A stretch of DNA of 64,000 bases. Source: Candidatus Latescibacterota bacterium (GTDB lineage: Bacteria > Latescibacterota > UBA2968 > UBA8231). The translations under genes and the position numbers were made by a program. The stretch covers positions 2,624,001-2,688,000 of the forward strand of contig CBDCDC010000002.1 of NCBI GenBank assembly GCA_965215195.1, in the 5' to 3' direction. Below the pieces are notes generated by a model that was given only the letters and a program-made list of their open reading frames with translations, did no database searches and was not told the origin of the DNA. Shown piece by piece: positions 47,090-57,269 of this stretch (the first letter of the stretch is position 1; each line of letters opens with the position of its first letter).

Positions 47090-48589
47090 ATGCTCTACCG
47101 CAACCTGCTGCGCCACCAGTGGAAGGAGTTCATCCGCAACCCCTCTTGGAGTGGCATAAGCGTCGCCTACGCCATTTTCCTAGTTCTGCTAGCGCTGTAC
47201 TTCCTCCTCGTCCTCGCCCTCACGGGAGCCTTCATCGGTCATCTGCTAACTAGCCAAAATCCCACAGCCGATGTCGTCCGCTTGGTCAATCGGTACTTAT
47301 TGAGCGGTTTCTTGCTCTTGTTCCTAGCCCGCTTGCTCTTCCAAAACACGCCGCAAATAAAAATTGGCCCTTATCTTCACTTACCCATTTCCCAGCCTGC
47401 TCTAGCGCGATTTTTTTCTTTGGCGGCCCTGTTCCACCTGCACAACCTATTGCCGCTGGCCTTCTTCATTCCGTTCTGGATCCGCAATCTAGCGCTGGAT
47501 TACCCAGCTTTTACATCGCTGTCTTGGTTGGCGGGCATTGTGGCGGTCCTCGGTCTGTCCAACTACTTGGTCATCTGCGTCCGCTTAATTTCGGCCAGAC
47601 GCGCAGGCTGGCTCTTGGGCGGTGGGGCCAGCGGTCTAATCGCGTTGGATTATTGGCAACAGTGGGGCTACACGGGCGCACTGTCGAGCGCGGTATTCGA
47701 CTTTTTGCTGGGACCGGGCGGCCCAGTGCTAGCAGTGGCCCTGCTGGTGGCGACCTGCCTGCTCTTCGGCCTGACCTGTCGCTTGTTAAAGGACCATTTG
47801 CACGACGAAGCCCAATCCGAAAAAGCCTCTACGGCTCGGTCTCAAAGCCTGCTCGACCGGCTAGCCGGCACGGGTCCGGTGGGCCAACTGATGGCACTAG
47901 AAATTAAACTGGCGCTCCGCAACAAGCGGCCCCGGCAAATCCTGTGGTCTTCTCTGATGTTTTCAGCGGCCGGGCTGATAAATTTCATACTTCTTACCCG
48001 TGGTCCATCCGACTCGGTTGTGCCCACGACCACCTTAACATTCTACCATATTTTTTGGGGATTCTTACTCAGTAGTGGTTTCGCGATCAGTTACGGCCAA
48101 TTCATGTTCGGTTGGGAGAGCCTTTATTTTGACGGCCATCTGGCCCGGCCGGTCCACTTCCGCCACCTGCTATGGGCCAAACTATTGCTGCTGCAAGTTT
48201 CCTGCCTGGTATTGGCGCTAGTGTGTCTGCCGTTCTTGCTGGCCTTTGCCTCCGAATTGCTCGTCATGTACAGCGTCTTTTTGCTCTACAATATCGGTTT
48301 TAGCTCTGCTGGTATGCTGTTTTTCGCCACCATGAACCGCAAACGCCTCTATATCGCCCCTTCCTCATTTTTTAATCAGCAGGGGACTTCCCTGCACCAC
48401 CTAGTAGCCATCATTCCCTTACTGGCCCCGCCCTTGATTGTGATACTGGCGACCGACTTTGGCCCGTTGACCTTAGCTATCGGCGGCCTGCTGTGCTGGG
48501 CACTCAGTCCTATTTGGGTGCGCTTGTTGGCCTATCGGCTGCAAAAGTGCAAGTACCGCATGGCTGCTGGTTTTAGGGGGAGCACCTGA
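47090..48589 (+). CDS. DUF5687-like polytopic membrane protein (ABC permease)
   Basis: HQWKEF.R, PYLHLPI, LEIKL.LRNKRP, YGQFMFGWES.YFD, KY.M.AGFR. Confidence 0.75.
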   Translation: MLYRNLLRHQWKEFIRNPSWSGISVAYAIFLVLLALYFLLVLALTGAFIGHLLTSQNPTADVVRLVNRYLLSGFLLLFLARLLFQNTPQIKIGPYLHLPISQPALARFFSLAALFHLHNLLPLAFFIPFWIRNLALDYPAFTSLSWLAGIVAVLGLSNYLVICVRLISARRAGWLLGGGASGLIALDYWQQWGYTGALSSAVFDFLLGPGGPVLAVALLVATCLLFGLTCRLLKDHLHDEAQSEKASTARSQSLLDRLAGTGPVGQLMALEIKLALRNKRPRQILWSSLMFSAAGLINFILLTRGPSDSVVPTTTLTFYHIFWGFLLSSGFAISYGQFMFGWESLYFDGHLARPVHFRHLLWAKLLLLQVSCLVLALVCLPFLLAFASELLVMYSVFLLYNIGFSSAGMLFFATMNRKRLYIAPSSFFNQQGTSLHHLVAIIPLLAPPLIVILATDFGPLTLAIGGLLCWALSPIWVRLLAYRLQKCKYRMAAGFRGST

Positions 48590-48592
48590 ACA

Positions 48593-49300
48593 TTGCACCT
48601 GCGAGTCCAAAACCTGCAAAAGCGCTACGGCCTAGCGACGGTCCTCGACCTGCCTGAACTCGATATCGACAGCGGTGCTAGCTTCGGATTGGTGGGCAAC
48701 AACGGCGCGGGCAAGACCACCTTTTTGCGCCTCGTCCTCGATCTGATCCGCCCAAGCAAGGGCCAAGTACTGATTAACGGACAGGATGTGGCCCAAGACG
48801 ACGCTTGGAAGGGCTGCACGGGATCCTACCTAGGCCCTGCCTTCCTGATCGACTACCTGACGCCCGTGGAATACATCCACTTCGTCGGCAATCTGTACCA
48901 CATGAGCCCGGGCCAGATAGAAGAAAAATGGGAACACTACCATCCCTTTTTCGGCGATCAACCGCTCAACAGGGGCGAGTATATCCGCAACTTGTCCGAG
49001 GGCAACAAGAAAAAAGTGGGGCTCGTTGCAGCCTTGATGGTCGAGCCGCGGCTGCTGGTACTGGACGAGCCCTTTGCCAATCTCGACCCGACGAGCCAAA
49101 TCCGCCTCAAGGACATGCTAAAAGCGGCCGCCCAAACCGCCGATACTACGCTCATTATCTCCAGCCACGATCTCAACCACATCACCGAGGTCTGCCGCCG
49201 GGTTGCCGTCATTGAGCGCGGCGTCATCGTGCGCGATATCCGCACGGCCCCGGATACGCTGCGGGCATTGGAGCGCTACTTCGCCGTCGAGGAAACGTAA
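48593..49300 (+). CDS. ABC transporter ATP-binding protein
   Basis: GLVGNNGAGKTT, LSEGNKKKVG, LDEPFANLDPTSQ, SSHDL. Confidence 0.92.
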   Translation: MHLRVQNLQKRYGLATVLDLPELDIDSGASFGLVGNNGAGKTTFLRLVLDLIRPSKGQVLINGQDVAQDDAWKGCTGSYLGPAFLIDYLTPVEYIHFVGNLYHMSPGQIEEKWEHYHPFFGDQPLNRGEYIRNLSEGNKKKVGLVAALMVEPRLLVLDEPFANLDPTSQIRLKDMLKAAAQTADTTLIISSHDLNHITEVCRRVAVIERGVIVRDIRTAPDTLRALERYFAVEET

Positions 49301-49394
49301 AACTTTGCCTTGAGCGCTCCCCCAACCCGCGCCGTTCTAGCGGCAAAAAAGGACGTATTCGGGCCCTGTAGCGCGAAACTCACCGCTAAGCAAC

Positions 49395-49429
49395 AAAAAA
49401 AGCGGCCCGGCTCCCAAGCCAGACCGCTT
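49395..49429 (-). terminator. Intrinsic terminator closing the CTD-protein array
   Basis: Minus strand AAGCGGTCTGGCT-TGGG-AGCCGGGCCGCTT followed by TTTTT. Confidence 0.75.
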
Positions 49430-49454
49430 ATCACGCCGCACAAAGTCGAAATGA

Positions 49455-49505
49455 ATGGGGCCTCAATTTGAGGCCCCATCCCACCAACTTGCTGTACAGC
49501 GGCTG
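49455..49505 (-). repeat. Conserved post-stop cassette, copy 1
   Basis: ACAGCAAGTTGG linker, then hairpin ATGGGGCCTCAA/TTGAGGCCCCAT. Confidence 0.8.
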
Positions 49506-52500
49506 CTACCTGAGCAGCAGCATCTTCTTGACTTCGCGGAACTCGCCGCCCGCCTGCAAGTGGTAGAAATACATCCCCGACGACAAGCTATGGCCGCGGT
49601 CGTTCGTCGCGTCCCACTCCACCACGTAGCGACCAGCACTCTGGTGCTCGGCCACCAGCGTCCGCACCGCCTGACCGACTGCGTTATAGACGATCAACTC
49701 CACATCCGCCGCGGTCGGCAACGCATACTGGATCGTCGTCGTTGGGTTGAACGGATTCGGGAAATTGTTCGCCAAGGAGAACGCTTCCGGCCGCGTTTGC
49801 ACTACGGCTTTCGCCGCCTGCTCCGCTCCCGGGTCGCTCAGCGCGATCTCTACCTCGTCGCCTTCTAGCCCATCAATCGTACCGATCAGCCTGATGATCT
49901 CGTCGCCTTCCTCCAAGTTGTCGGCTCTTGGGTCGATGTAAAAATTCACCGTCCCTGTTATCGAGCCGGCCGGAATCTCAATCACAGGCGTAAATAGCGC
50001 GGCGTAGTCCAAATCGCGCGTCGCGGTCGAAGCGTCGTCAATGGCCAAGCGCACGGTCGCGTCCTCTGCCAACGCCTTGCCGTCCAACGTGGCGGTCACC
50101 GCAACAGTGGTCAAAGCGGCATTCTCACTCAACGCGTTCGGATCCGCCGACAGCGAAATGGACGTACTGGGCGTTTCGTCGTCTCGGATCTCAATGTCCG
50201 CCAATAGGGTCTGGCCTGTTGACACGAGCGTGGCCTGCACACCCAAACCCTTCAGACCCTCTTCAGTATCGTCGTTAATGGGCGTGAGGGTCAGAGTCGC
50301 CGTTCCCTCGGTAGTGCCCGCTGGAATGGTGATAAGCGCCTCCAACTCCGCCATGTAGTCCACATCGCGCATCGCGGCTGGGCCGTCGCTGGGAGCCACA
50401 ATGGCAAACCGCACGCTCTCGTCAGCCACTGAGGCGGCCGCCAAGGTAAAAATTAGCGAGACTTCAGTCTCGGCCGCGTCCTCTCGAATCACCGCCGGCT
50501 CTGCCGTCAACCCAGCGGCCACAACCGGGGGCAGCCCAGTTGTACGGACCGTGATGGAAAAGGTCAATTCCGCGGCGTCCCTGTTGCTGTCGGTCACCAT
50601 GTAGGTAACTGGGACCGGACAGTCGGTCGCTGCGGCCGGCGTACCCGAAAGCGTCCGCGTGACCGAGTCAAACGCCAAGCCCGCCGGCAGGGTCAAGACG
50701 CGGTACCGCAGGTCGCCAGCACCGCCCATCGCTTCCGGCAGCACCAAGTCGGCAATAGCCGTCCCCGCCGTGTACGTCTGGTCGGCGATGGAAGCTCTGG
50801 CCGAGAAGGCCAGCACGGCCCCTTTCTCAGCACTTGTAATGGTGAAGGTCAGCATGGCCGTGTCGTCGTCATCGTCAATCGCCGTGTAGGTGACGGTGAC
50901 CGCGCCGTTAGTTGCTTCGGCCGGCGTACCCGAAAGCGTCCGCGTGGCCGAGTCAAACGCCAAGCCCGCCGGCAGGGCTGAGATGCGGTACGTCAGGGTG
51001 CCGTCGCCACCCGAAGCCTCCGGCAGCACCAAGTCGGCAATAGCCGTCCCCGCCGTGTACGTCTGGTCGGCGATGGAAGCTCCGGCTGAGAAGAAAGGCT
51101 CGCCGCCTTCGCCGGGATCTTTCAGCGTTATATCTACAATGCCGACTGTCACCGTGATGTCGGCATCGCCCGCATCGGCGGTGATTTGATTGTTGGCGGA
51201 CGGCACGGTCAGCCTGATTTTCTCGTCGCCCTCCACGATCCCGTCGTCAATAGGGATGACGGTAATCGTCGTCGTCCCCGACACCGAGCCGGCCGGAATC
51301 GTCAGCGGACGCAGTGCTGCCGAGTAGTCTATATCGCGCGTCGCCTCAGCAACGTCGACGACCGTGCCAATAGCGTCCGCATCCTTGGGATCGGGGTCAA
51401 TGGTCAAGAGCACGACCACGTCATCGTCAAACACTTTCCCGTCCAAAGTTCCGGTCACCGCAACATGGGTCGCGCCGGCCCCTTCGCTTATCGTAGCCGG
51501 CTCCGCCGTCAGCGAGATATTCGTGCTATTCGCGTCGTCATCGGCGATGACTATCGTTTTAGTCGCCGATACGTCGCCGATCGCGACTTTTATATATATC
51601 GGCCCTCGCGGAACCACCGCGTTGTCGTCAATAGGGATGAGCGTGAACGTCGTCGTCCCCGACACCGAGCCGGCCGGAATGATGAGCGGCGGACCAAAGA
51701 CCAGCCTGTAATGCACATCGCGCGTCGGAGTGCCCGTCACAGTATCCCCAGACGGCAAGACCGCGCCATCGGGCAAAATCACGAGCCTCACCGTCTCGTC
51801 CTCGATCAAGGCATTCGTCAAGGTGACTTTCAGCTCGATCGTCGTCTCACCGGCGTCCTCGCGCACCCTCTCTTGACTAAGCGTAATGGCATCGGCCGTG
51901 GCCGCGACCTCCTTCCTCATTCTTATATCCACAGGCCTGAGCGTTAGCCCATCGTCTTCGATCTGTATTCCCGGGGCGTCCTCATCGGTATCATTATCAG
52001 GAGACGCTATCCGGATGGTGCCAGGTAACCGATTTTTTGGGGTGAGGATAATGGTCGCCGTCCCGGACACCGAATTTCTCGGAATCGTGAGCGTCTCCAG
52101 CGTCACCGTATAGTCCAAATCGCGCTGCGCTTCGCGATTGTCCTTAGTCGCATCCGCAGCGTCGATAGTGCCGTTGCCATCGGTATCGGCGTTGGGATTG
52201 GCCCCCAAGTCGGGATGATCGCCAATGGTCAAGACGAAACTCGTCGCCTGTCTCAGCACCTTGCCATCCAAGGTTGCCGTCACGGCGATCTCGGTCGCAT
52301 CATCGAACCTATTTAGCTCGACAATATCGACCGACAGATTGATGTTTCTGCTATCCTTGTCGTCGTCAACTAGCGTGATCGTCGTCAGCTCAACCGTCTT
52401 AATGCCAGCATTGCCGCGGATCTCAATAGGAAGGTCTTCGTCAACGACATCATCGTCAATGGGGATGAGGGTGAGGGTCCCCACTGCCTTTTTTTCGCCA

Positions 52501-52787
52501 GCCAGAATTCTGAGAGCGGTCAGCTTTATGCGGAAGCGACTATTGAGCCCCTCATGGGAGACACCCAAGAGCACATACGTATCCGCATCCACCACTGTAT
52601 CATCAGTAACTTCGACTGTCACCTCGATATCGGTCGCACCGGCGTCCTCGCGGACACTACTAGGATTCACCGACAGTTTTAAGTCCGACTGCGCCGCAGC
52701 CTCCCCGCTCCATCCCAACACCCAACCAGCGGCCAACAGCCAAGGCACAGAGGCCAGACGCTGCATCAACAACTTCGCATGTATCAT
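49506..52787 (-). CDS. Large secreted modular protein (Calx-beta-like repeats, putative Ig domains, FlgD-Ig/T9SS-like CTD)
   Basis: GGAG RBS, signal ..GWSGEAAA; P..(V/I)REDA..T.V.V / A.RD.DY repeats; LPAGLAFD..TRTLSGTP; NFPNPFNP..KKMLLLR. Confidence 0.88.
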   Translation of the reverse strand: MIHAKLLMQRLASVPWLLAAGWVLGWSGEAAAQSDLKLSVNPSSVREDAGATDIEVTVEVTDDTVVDADTYVLLGVSHEGLNSRFRIKLTALRILAGEKKAVGTLTLIPIDDDVVDEDLPIEIRGNAGIKTVELTTITLVDDDKDSRNINLSVDIVELNRFDDATEIAVTATLDGKVLRQATSFVLTIGDHPDLGANPNADTDGNGTIDAADATKDNREAQRDLDYTVTLETLTIPRNSVSGTATIILTPKNRLPGTIRIASPDNDTDEDAPGIQIEDDGLTLRPVDIRMRKEVAATADAITLSQERVREDAGETTIELKVTLTNALIEDETVRLVILPDGAVLPSGDTVTGTPTRDVHYRLVFGPPLIIPAGSVSGTTTFTLIPIDDNAVVPRGPIYIKVAIGDVSATKTIVIADDDANSTNISLTAEPATISEGAGATHVAVTGTLDGKVFDDDVVVLLTIDPDPKDADAIGTVVDVAEATRDIDYSAALRPLTIPAGSVSGTTTITVIPIDDGIVEGDEKIRLTVPSANNQITADAGDADITVTVGIVDITLKDPGEGGEPFFSAGASIADQTYTAGTAIADLVLPEASGGDGTLTYRISALPAGLAFDSATRTLSGTPAEATNGAVTVTYTAIDDDDDTAMLTFTITSAEKGAVLAFSARASIADQTYTAGTAIADLVLPEAMGGAGDLRYRVLTLPAGLAFDSVTRTLSGTPAAATDCPVPVTYMVTDSNRDAAELTFSITVRTTGLPPVVAAGLTAEPAVIREDAAETEVSLIFTLAAASVADESVRFAIVAPSDGPAAMRDVDYMAELEALITIPAGTTEGTATLTLTPINDDTEEGLKGLGVQATLVSTGQTLLADIEIRDDETPSTSISLSADPNALSENAALTTVAVTATLDGKALAEDATVRLAIDDASTATRDLDYAALFTPVIEIPAGSITGTVNFYIDPRADNLEEGDEIIRLIGTIDGLEGDEVEIALSDPGAEQAAKAVVQTRPEAFSLANNFPNPFNPTTTIQYALPTAADVELIVYNAVGQAVRTLVAEHQSAGRYVVEWDATNDRGHSLSSGMYFYHLQAGGEFREVKKMLLLR

Positions 52788-52839
52788 TATTAGTCTCCCC
52801 AGGGAACAACTCTCTAATAAGAGTAGGTATGATATTAAG

Positions 52840-52900
52840 AAATAGGGCCTCAAGTTGACGTTTGAGGCCCTATTTTGCTAACTCGCTGTGCCGTGAGTGC
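52840..52900 (-). repeat. Conserved post-stop cassette, copy 2
   Basis: GCACTCACGGCACAGCGAGTTAG, then hairpin AAATAGGGCCTCAA/TTGAGGCCCTATTT. Confidence 0.8.
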
Positions 52901-55900
52901 TTACTTGAGCAACAGCATCTTCTCGACTGCGGCGAACTCTCCCCCGGCCTGCAGGCGGTAGAAATACATCCCCGACGATAAGCTGTGCCCGCTGTCGTCG
53001 GTCGCGTCCCACTCCACCACGTAGCGACCGGCGCTCTGGTGCTCGGCCACCAGCGTCCGCACTGGCTGCCCGACGACGTTGTACACGGTTAGCTCCACGT
53101 CCGCCGCTTGCGGCAGCGCGTATCGGATGGTCGTCGCCGGGTTGAACGGGTTCGGAAAGTTGTTCGCCAACGCAAACGCGGCCGGCAGCGTCTGCAACGA
53201 TAGCGACGCGCTCGCGCCGTTGGCGTCCGTAACCGCGTACGTATATGCGAACTCACCCTCGGCCATCGGCGTACCCGCAATGGTCCGCGTGGCCGCGTCA
53301 AACGACAAGCCCGCCGGCAGGGCCGGCGAGAGGTGATACGTCAGGGGTGCGGTGCCGCCCGAAGCCTCCGGAAGCGCGAAGCTCTCCACGGGCTGGCCAA
53401 CGATGAATTCGCGGATTTCAACCAAGTCGGGCGAGCCCGTCGGAATGACCTTACCGGCCACACTGCCGAACAATTCGAAAAACTTTGCAAAACTCAGCGG
53501 GGGATTGACCGTGATGGAGAAGGTCAACGCGGCCGCGGTGCCATCGCTGTCGATGACCGTGTAGGTGACGACGACCGCGCCATTGGTCGCTTCCGCAGGT
53601 ATGCCCGCAATGGTCCGCGTGGCCGCGTCAAACGACAAGCCCGCCGGCAGGGCCGAGACGCTGTACGTCAAGTCGCCCGTGCCGCCCAAAGCGGCCGGCA
53701 GTACGAGATCGTCAATCGCCCCCTCGGCCGTGTACTCTTGGTCGGCGATCGAAGCGTCGTCCGCGAAGGCAAGGGACGAATCCTTCGGCTCCTGCGGCGG
53801 CTCCGGCTCCGGCTCCTGCGGCGGCTCTACCGTTGCTCGGTCGCTCAGCGTGATCTCCACCTCGTCTCCGACCAGACCTGCAATCGCACCGGTCAGCCTG
53901 ATGGTCTCGTTGCCCTCCGCTACAGTGTCGTCAATTGGTTGGACTGCAAACAGTATTGACCCCGTTATCGAGCCGGCCGGAATCACGAGCAGCGGCTTGA
54001 ACAGCGCCACGTAGTCCACATCGCGCGCCGCTGTTGACGCACCATCAATGGACACGGTCACGGTTGTGTCCTTTAGCAACGCCTTCCCGTTCAACGTAGC
54101 AGTCACCGTAATAGCGGTCTCACCGCCTTCCTCGCTTACCGTGCGCGGACTCGCCGACAGCGAGATGGACGTACTAGGCGTTTCGTTGTCGGCAATTTCG
54201 ATGTCCGTCAATACAGTCGCACCAGAAGCGAATGTAGCTTGCACACCTAACACTCTCGGGCCATTCGCCTCGGCGTTGTCAATGGGGTTCAGGGTGAGCG
54301 TCGTCGTCCCAACGGTAGCACCGGCCGGAATGGTGCTGACCGCCCCCAGTACCGCCGTGTAGTTCAAATCGCGCACGGCCGGCGTACCCGCACTTGGAGC
54401 GACAAGCGTGAACGTCACTCTCTCGGCCGTGGCCTTGGGAGCCGCCATGGTCACGGTCAGGAAAATTTGCGTGGTTTCAGCGTCCTCGCGGATCGACGAA
54501 GGAGCCGCCGTCAGCTCAGCGTCCGCAACCGGGGGCTGGGGCGGCGGCGGCGTCTCAGTCGCCTCGACCGCGATGGAGAAGGCCAACGCGGCCGCGGCCC
54601 CGTCGCTGTCGATCACCGTGTAAACGATGCTGGACGTTCCGGCCACTGTCGGCGTACCCGAAAGCGTCCGCGTGGCCGCGTCAAACGCCAAGCCCGCCGG
54701 CAGGGTCGAGACGCTGTACGTCAGGGTGCTGTCGCCGCCCGTAGCTTCCGGCAGTACGAGCGCGGCAATCGCGGTCCCAACCGCGTACTCTTGATCGGCG
54801 ATCGAAGCGTCGTCCGCGAAGGCAGGGATCTTCGGATCCGGCGGCTCTGGCTGCGGCTCTTCGTCCTCGGTGTCTTTCAGCGTTATCGTCGCTGGAGTGA
54901 CCTCCAGCTCTTGGAGGTCTCCGTCATCATCTTCGGCTATGGGCGGTTTAGACGCCAGCGTCGTCAAGCGGAACTTCTCGTCGTCTTCCTCCCCGTCGTT
55001 GGCGGTGGGCGTGACGGTGAACGTCGTCGTCCCCGACACCGAGCCGCCCGGAATCACCAACGGCCTCGGGATGGCTGTGTAGTCTGCATCGCGCGTCGCC
55101 GCCATATCATCGTCATTCACCTCGCCATCGCCATTAATATCGTTATCAATGACCAAGGGCACGATCACGTTATCGTCGAACACCTTCCCGTTCAAGGTGC
55201 CGGTCACCGTAACCTCGGTCGCACCCGCTCCCTCGTTTATCTCGGCCGGACTCACCTCTAACGTGATCGAATCGCTCGTCGTGTCGTCGTCGGTAATCAG
55301 GATTCCGGTGACGAAGGATTCTTGGGTTCCAACCCTCGCATTCACCTTGAAAGCCCTCGGCGGATCATTGTCTTTGTTGTTGATGGGGGTGACGATGATC
55401 GTCGTCGTCCCTTCTGTCTCGCCCTTGGGAATGATGAGCGGCTGCGGTTCCGCATAGTAATCCACATCGCGCTCCGCATCCACCGCGCTATCGAAAGCCT
55501 CGCCCAGACCGTCGCTGTCGTCATCAATAGTGAACTGCACCTTCTCGTCAGCCAACAAGGCGTTCTCCAAGGAAACTTTCAGGGTGACCTCCTTCGCCCC
55601 CGCGTCCTCGCGGATTGAGAAAGGAGTCGCCGTCAGCCCGGTAATCTCTTTAGCGGGATCGCCCGTTATCTCGATTGAATTAGCATTAACCGTTATGGGA
55701 GTGTCCTCGTCATTAGTTAGGCCGGCGTCAGAATCAGCCTCCACCCAGATAAAGCCGGTTCCGTCGCCCGTTCCTTCGTCCTTGGGGCGGATGATAATCG
55801 TTGCCCTCCCCGACACCTTGCGATCTGGAATGGTTATGGTGGCCATTATCGCAGTGTAGTCCAAATCGCGTCTCAAGCCAGATGCTTCACTTCTTGCTTC

Positions 55901-56872
55901 ATCAATAGTTAAAGAAAAACGCAGATCTTTTCTTTGCTTCTTGCCATTTAGGGTGGCCGTCACCACGATATTGGTTGTACCATCCCTCCTGCTTAGATCG
56001 GCATCAGAGAACGAAAGATTGATCTCACTGCTTTGCTTATCCGTGTCGATCAGCGTAATCGCTGTACTCTTGACGACCCTATCAGCGGCGGCGTTACCCT
56101 CAATCGCGATAGTGAGATCATTGTTGTCGGTTTCTTCACTAATGGGGGTGAAGGCGATCGTCCCGGTCGCCTCTTTCTTGCCCTTCGGAATCAGGAGGGT
56201 GGGCAGCGTTATGCGGAAGCGACTATTGAGCCCTGCGGATTCTCCGAGACCCAAGACCACATACGTATCCACATCCACCGCTGTATCATCAGCAACTCTG
56301 ACTTTCACCGCGACATTGGTTTTACCGGCGTCCTCGCGTACACTATTGGGATTCACCGACAGAATATAGTCCGCCCGCACCGTTATCTCCGATGCAAAAT
56401 ACGTGGGGATAGAACTAGCACCGTCACCGTCGACCTCCACCTTCATCCTTACCCAATACATACCAGTATTAATATCGGCGTCAGTAAAGGTGTGGGTGCT
56501 GTTGCTGCTACTATACTCCGCTTCAGAGCCGCCGATGGGGCCTGAAGCGGTAGTAAGATCAGAAGGAATCGCACCCGAATATAAACCCACCGTGTAGGAG
56601 GTGGCAGGGTTCCCATTATCCGCACCAGTGCCGAAATTCTGCGAATCAGACGTACTCCATTCCACAGTAATCGAATGGGGCCACGCGACCAAGTCATAAG
56701 TCAAAACCAAATTGGGATCGGTGGCATGAGGATGATCCGCCGCAGTGCTATGACCTGACGTAGCGTTCACATCAGCCGCAGCCTCCCCGCTCCATCCCAA
56801 CACCAAACCGACGGCCAGCAGCCAAGGCATGTAAGCCAAGCACCGTATCAACAACTTTGTATATATCATCAC
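52901..56872 (-). CDS. Large secreted modular protein, paralogue with an extra N-terminal domain
   Basis: GGAGG RBS; similar signal peptide and repeat order, three Ig repeats, NFPNPFNP..EKMLLLK. Confidence 0.88.
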   Translation of the reverse strand: MMIYTKLLIRCLAYMPWLLAVGLVLGWSGEAAADVNATSGHSTAADHPHATDPNLVLTYDLVAWPHSITVEWSTSDSQNFGTGADNGNPATSYTVGLYSGAIPSDLTTASGPIGGSEAEYSSSNSTHTFTDADINTGMYWVRMKVEVDGDGASSIPTYFASEITVRADYILSVNPNSVREDAGKTNVAVKVRVADDTAVDVDTYVVLGLGESAGLNSRFRITLPTLLIPKGKKEATGTIAFTPISEETDNNDLTIAIEGNAAADRVVKSTAITLIDTDKQSSEINLSFSDADLSRRDGTTNIVVTATLNGKKQRKDLRFSLTIDEARSEASGLRRDLDYTAIMATITIPDRKVSGRATIIIRPKDEGTGDGTGFIWVEADSDAGLTNDEDTPITVNANSIEITGDPAKEITGLTATPFSIREDAGAKEVTLKVSLENALLADEKVQFTIDDDSDGLGEAFDSAVDAERDVDYYAEPQPLIIPKGETEGTTTIIVTPINNKDNDPPRAFKVNARVGTQESFVTGILITDDDTTSDSITLEVSPAEINEGAGATEVTVTGTLNGKVFDDNVIVPLVIDNDINGDGEVNDDDMAATRDADYTAIPRPLVIPGGSVSGTTTFTVTPTANDGEEDDEKFRLTTLASKPPIAEDDDGDLQELEVTPATITLKDTEDEEPQPEPPDPKIPAFADDASIADQEYAVGTAIAALVLPEATGGDSTLTYSVSTLPAGLAFDAATRTLSGTPTVAGTSSIVYTVIDSDGAAAALAFSIAVEATETPPPPQPPVADAELTAAPSSIREDAETTQIFLTVTMAAPKATAERVTFTLVAPSAGTPAVRDLNYTAVLGAVSTIPAGATVGTTTLTLNPIDNAEANGPRVLGVQATFASGATVLTDIEIADNETPSTSISLSASPRTVSEEGGETAITVTATLNGKALLKDTTVTVSIDGASTAARDVDYVALFKPLLVIPAGSITGSILFAVQPIDDTVAEGNETIRLTGAIAGLVGDEVEITLSDRATVEPPQEPEPEPPQEPKDSSLAFADDASIADQEYTAEGAIDDLVLPAALGGTGDLTYSVSALPAGLSFDAATRTIAGIPAEATNGAVVVTYTVIDSDGTAAALTFSITVNPPLSFAKFFELFGSVAGKVIPTGSPDLVEIREFIVGQPVESFALPEASGGTAPLTYHLSPALPAGLSFDAATRTIAGTPMAEGEFAYTYAVTDANGASASLSLQTLPAAFALANNFPNPFNPATTIRYALPQAADVELTVYNVVGQPVRTLVAEHQSAGRYVVEWDATDDSGHSLSSGMYFYRLQAGGEFAAVEKMLLLK

Positions 56873-56924
56873 TCAACCTCCTTGAGGAAAGCATCCCTAT
56901 AATTGCCTGTTGGTTTATAGTCAG

Positions 56925-57030
56925 GAAATGGGGCCTCTCTCAAACTGAGGCCCCATTTCACTAACTCGCTGTGGCGTGGGTGCTTACTTACTTGAGCAGC
57001 AGCATCTTAACTGCGTGGAACTCGCTCCAT
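56925..57030 (-). pseudogene. Orphan CTD tail (last 12 codons) plus cassette copy 3
   Basis: SEFHAVKMLLLK-TAA, then GCACCCACGCCACAGCGAGTTAGT and hairpin GAAATGGGGCCTC/GAGGCCCCATTTC; no gene body upstream. Confidence 0.7.
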
Positions 57031-57209
57031 TTGTCAAAGATATTGCACAAGCCCTGTCGTAGCAAGCACAGACAAGAATGGACTTTGAAAATTACATGGG
57101 CGGCGAGGGACGGACCGGCGCAGTCTCGCGTCGTATCACCCTCCAGCCGCCGCGAGACTAGTTTCAACAGGCGGAAAAGTGCTTTGAAACCGAATCGGGT
57201 TGAATAGTA

Positions 57210-57269
57210 AAAGGGGACCCCACCTTGCGGTTTGAGGTCCCCTTTCACTAAATCGCTGTGCAGTGGGTG
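57210..57269 (-). repeat. Conserved post-stop cassette, copy 4
   Basis: CACCCACTGCACAGCGATTTAGTG, then hairpin AAAGGGGACCTCA/TGGGGTCCCCTTT. Confidence 0.8.

Noticed and set aside
49455-57269. Integron attC sites
   Set aside because: No RYYYAAC/GTTRRRY core pair flanking the hairpins and no integrase.
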